A stretch of DNA of 64,000 nt from the human T2T-CHM13v2.0 reference genome, Homo sapiens, in assembly GCF_009914755.1 (NCBI RefSeq), contig NC_060943.1; one strand, 5' to 3'. This document shows positions 54,397 through 64,000 of this stretch, one piece after another (position 1 is the first letter of the stretch; every line of letters starts with the position of its first letter). The notes under the pieces were generated by a model that had not been told where the DNA came from, did no database searches, and was given only the letters and a program-made list of their open reading frames with translations. The position numbers and the translations under genes are program-made.

Positions 54397-54558
54397 TGGA
54401 TGATGTGTCAACTGGACTTTTCTTTTGTCCCTTCTGCCCTGGCTTCTCTGTATTGTTTCGTCCTAGCTTCCCAGGCAGGTTGGAGGGAGATGGAGGATGA
54501 CCCTTAGTTAATGAGAGAAGCAAAGGGCGGGGTGCATCTGCTGCTGGGGCCTCACTTA

Positions 54559-57927
<3,369 letters not shown>

Positions 57928-58199
57928 TGACTTTTCAATTGTCTCGTTTTCGGCAGGGATGGGCCCAAGTCTCTTCGCCATGAGCTCTGGGGCCTGGCAG
58001 ACAGTAGGTGCTCAAGAAATGCATGACTACATGAAGGAACAGAGGAAGGAACGAGCTAGTGAGTCCAGCTGAATCTCGCCCAGCCCCGCCCTGACTCCCC
58101 CACCCCCTCTTCCCGAGAGGAAAGGGACCCACAGCAGGGAGGGCTTCCCCCACCCCCGCAACGTCACTGTTGCTAGATCTGGGTTCAAATTACAGCTGT

Positions 58200-59368
<1,169 letters not shown>

Positions 59369-59721
59369 CTATAAACTCCTACTTTACGTGGAGACAGGCC
59401 ACCCTCGCCCCACCCCTGGCTGTTCCATTCTTAAAAGATGTGGACGGCGAGGCGCTGGGGTCCACTTGCTTCCCAGCCCATCATCACAGCGACATCACGA
59501 CCCGGGGACAACAAAGCTCCTTTGAGTTTGCCCATACTGGGGAGCTCAAAAGGTCCAGGCTCGAATCCTCCCGACTCCCTTTTGAGTCTTGGAGCAATAA
59601 CCTCAACATGCGTGACTCTAAAATAGGGTACCCGCGCCTGCCTTCCCCGGATGGAGCGATCGCTTCTCCACTAGTCCGCAAATGGGGGCCACCGTTAGAG
59701 CCAGGTGCGAGGAACAGCGAG

Positions 59722-59727
59722 TTTATT
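59722..59727 (-). terminator. TSSK6 proximal polyadenylation signal
   Basis: tttatt on + (AATAAA on -), about 365 nt past the TSSK6 stop, at the island edge. Confidence 0.75.
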
Positions 59728-60092
59728 GCAGGTTCCAACCGGGAACCTGGCACCCACGGCTGGTTGGGAAGGGACGCCCTCCGCGCAGAGGCTGAGAGTT
59801 CCGCGCAGGCGCAATGCTTCCGTCCCCTCTGGTCTCGCCCTCTCGGGGCCTGGTCGCAGGGAATCGCGGATGCGCATGCGCCTCCAGCTCCCGGGATCGC
59901 GGGGAACGTGGATTCCGAACAAGGGCAACTGCGGACTCCCCCGTGGGAAGAAAGGGAGGGAAGCGGAAGGGAAAAAGCGCATGTGCAGCAGCACGCGGCA
60001 GCTTCGCATATTCCCTCGAAGCGCGCCTCTTGCGCGTGCGCCGCCCTGGCCCAGTGCCCTTGGCTGCAGGAATGGCTGGAACCACCCGGCTT

Positions 60093-61154
<1,062 letters not shown>

Positions 61155-61614
61155 CTAGCCTCCCTGCTTTGTGACTCATAATCATCCTGAATGGTCAGTT
61201 TCCGATGAGAGGCCACTAGCAAGGGATACCCATCACCACCAGGGAGCAGAATCCGTTCCAGGGATTGGGGTGAGTCCGACTTCGAGCAGCAGCTGCCCCC
61301 CAACATCATGTACCCAGCCCGTGACTACGTGGAGCCCTGGGCTTCGCGTAGAGTCCCTAGACGGGGCGAAAACGGGAAAAGGGGCCTTAACTGGGGCACC
61401 TGGCTCCTTTGAGAGCTCGGAGTTTCTGACTGGCCTGCGCAACACCCCAGAGGCAAGGTGAACGCGAGGGCCTATAATGCAAGAACCAAGGCGAGTCACG
61501 CCCTGTCTGGGCAAAAGAGGAGTAAAGACCCCTCAGCTGCAGCCCGGCAGCGCATTCCTACCCAGGGTCCGCCGCCAGAGCTTTCCCGCGCGGTCGGATA
61601 GTTACACTACTGTC

Positions 61615-61735
61615 CGGGACTTCCTAGCCGTGCCGCGGACCATCTCAAGTGCTTCCGCCACACTCATCATGGCGGTGGCAGTAAGTCACTTCCGCCCGGG
61701 ACCGGAAGTGTGGGATACTGCGAGTATGGCGGCGT
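61615..61735 (+). promoter_or_regulatory. NDUFA13 core promoter with ETS/GABP and YY1-like sites
   Basis: CACTTCCG...CCGGAAGTG inverted pair (61687-61710), GCTTCCGCC (61651), and ATGGCGG motifs at 61669 and 61726. Confidence 0.75.
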
Positions 61736-61819
61736 CAAAGGTGAAGCAGGACATGCCTCCGCCGGGGGGCTATGGGCCCATCGACTACAAACGGAACTTG
61801 CCGCGTCGAGGACTGTCGG
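61726..61819 (+). CDS. NDUFA13: NDUFA13 (GRIM-19, complex I subunit) coding exon 1; gene continues past the window
   Basis: Encodes [31 protein letters not shown](G); donor G|gtcagt at 61819/61820; 94 nt. Confidence 0.96.
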
Positions 61820-62278
61820 GTCAGTATCACTCTGCGCCGGGGTCTCAGAGTCTGGGCACTCGGGGCTCGGGGGCGGGGTTCCGGGGACACAGGCGGGCCT
61901 CAGTTTTCCCGGCGGTGTGACCGGAGGCGGAGCCCGGGGATCCATCATAGCTTCTGTAATAACGCTAAGTGCTGCAGTTTGTTGAGGTCTTTCCCAGCTC
62001 CTCTTCCTTCTCGTAACAGCCCAGGAAATCGGTCCCTCTAGTTATTTACGTTTTACAGTGGGTTAAACTGAGTCATAGCCTGTGCTCTGGCCCTCAGCCA
62101 CCCTTGGATTTCTAAGATGGGGAAACTGAGGCCCAAAGAAGGCCGCGGCTCCCCAAGGCAAAGCTGAGGCCGCAACCCGGAACCTGGAGGGAATTTACAA
62201 GATGTTCTATGCAGTGGTTCCCTGCTGGCAGCCCCCGCCTGCATGGTGTCACAGGAATCCATATTCTTTAAATTTTCA

Positions 62279-64000
<1,722 letters not shown>

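Larger units (their letters stand above)
50959..54412 (+). other. GATAD2A: GATAD2A 3'UTR (~3.45 kb, no Alu, U-rich tracts)
   Basis: Runs from the stop codon to the distal AATAAA. Free of Alu, unlike its flanks. End position approximate. Confidence 0.85.

Overview
Human genomic DNA that I recognise from its proteins as the GATAD2A - TSSK6 - NDUFA13 locus (chr19p13.11, from recall). The + strand carries all 11 coding exons of GATAD2A (p66-alpha, a NuRD subunit). I reconstructed them from GT/AG boundaries: 269+133+132+90+132+168+280+296+75+196+131 = 1902 nt, i.e. 633 aa plus stop, or 634 aa with the upstream AG of a NAGNAG acceptor. A ~3.45 kb 3'UTR follows with three AATAAA signals; the main non-coding first exon(s) are not identifiable here. 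The intronless kinase gene TSSK6 (273 aa, - strand) lies in a CpG island, head-to-head with exon 1 of NDUFA13 (GRIM-19). The rest is intron and intergenic DNA with about 45 Alu pieces, old L1, MIR and DNA-transposon fossils. Most ORF-track entries are Alu- or GC-derived noise. I see no new gene or wholly novel system. The best leads are: (1) an NRF1-motif cluster in the TSSK6 3'UTR; (2) a distal TSSK6 poly(A) signal that would bring near-abutting inverted Alus into the mRNA; (3) a template-switch scar at 4.2-5.2 kb; (4) an inverted M-box hairpin at 34.9 kb; (5) a candidate regulated 75-nt cassette exon; (6) inverted Alus placed to circularise early GATAD2A exons. Repeat subfamily names and edges are by-eye estimates.
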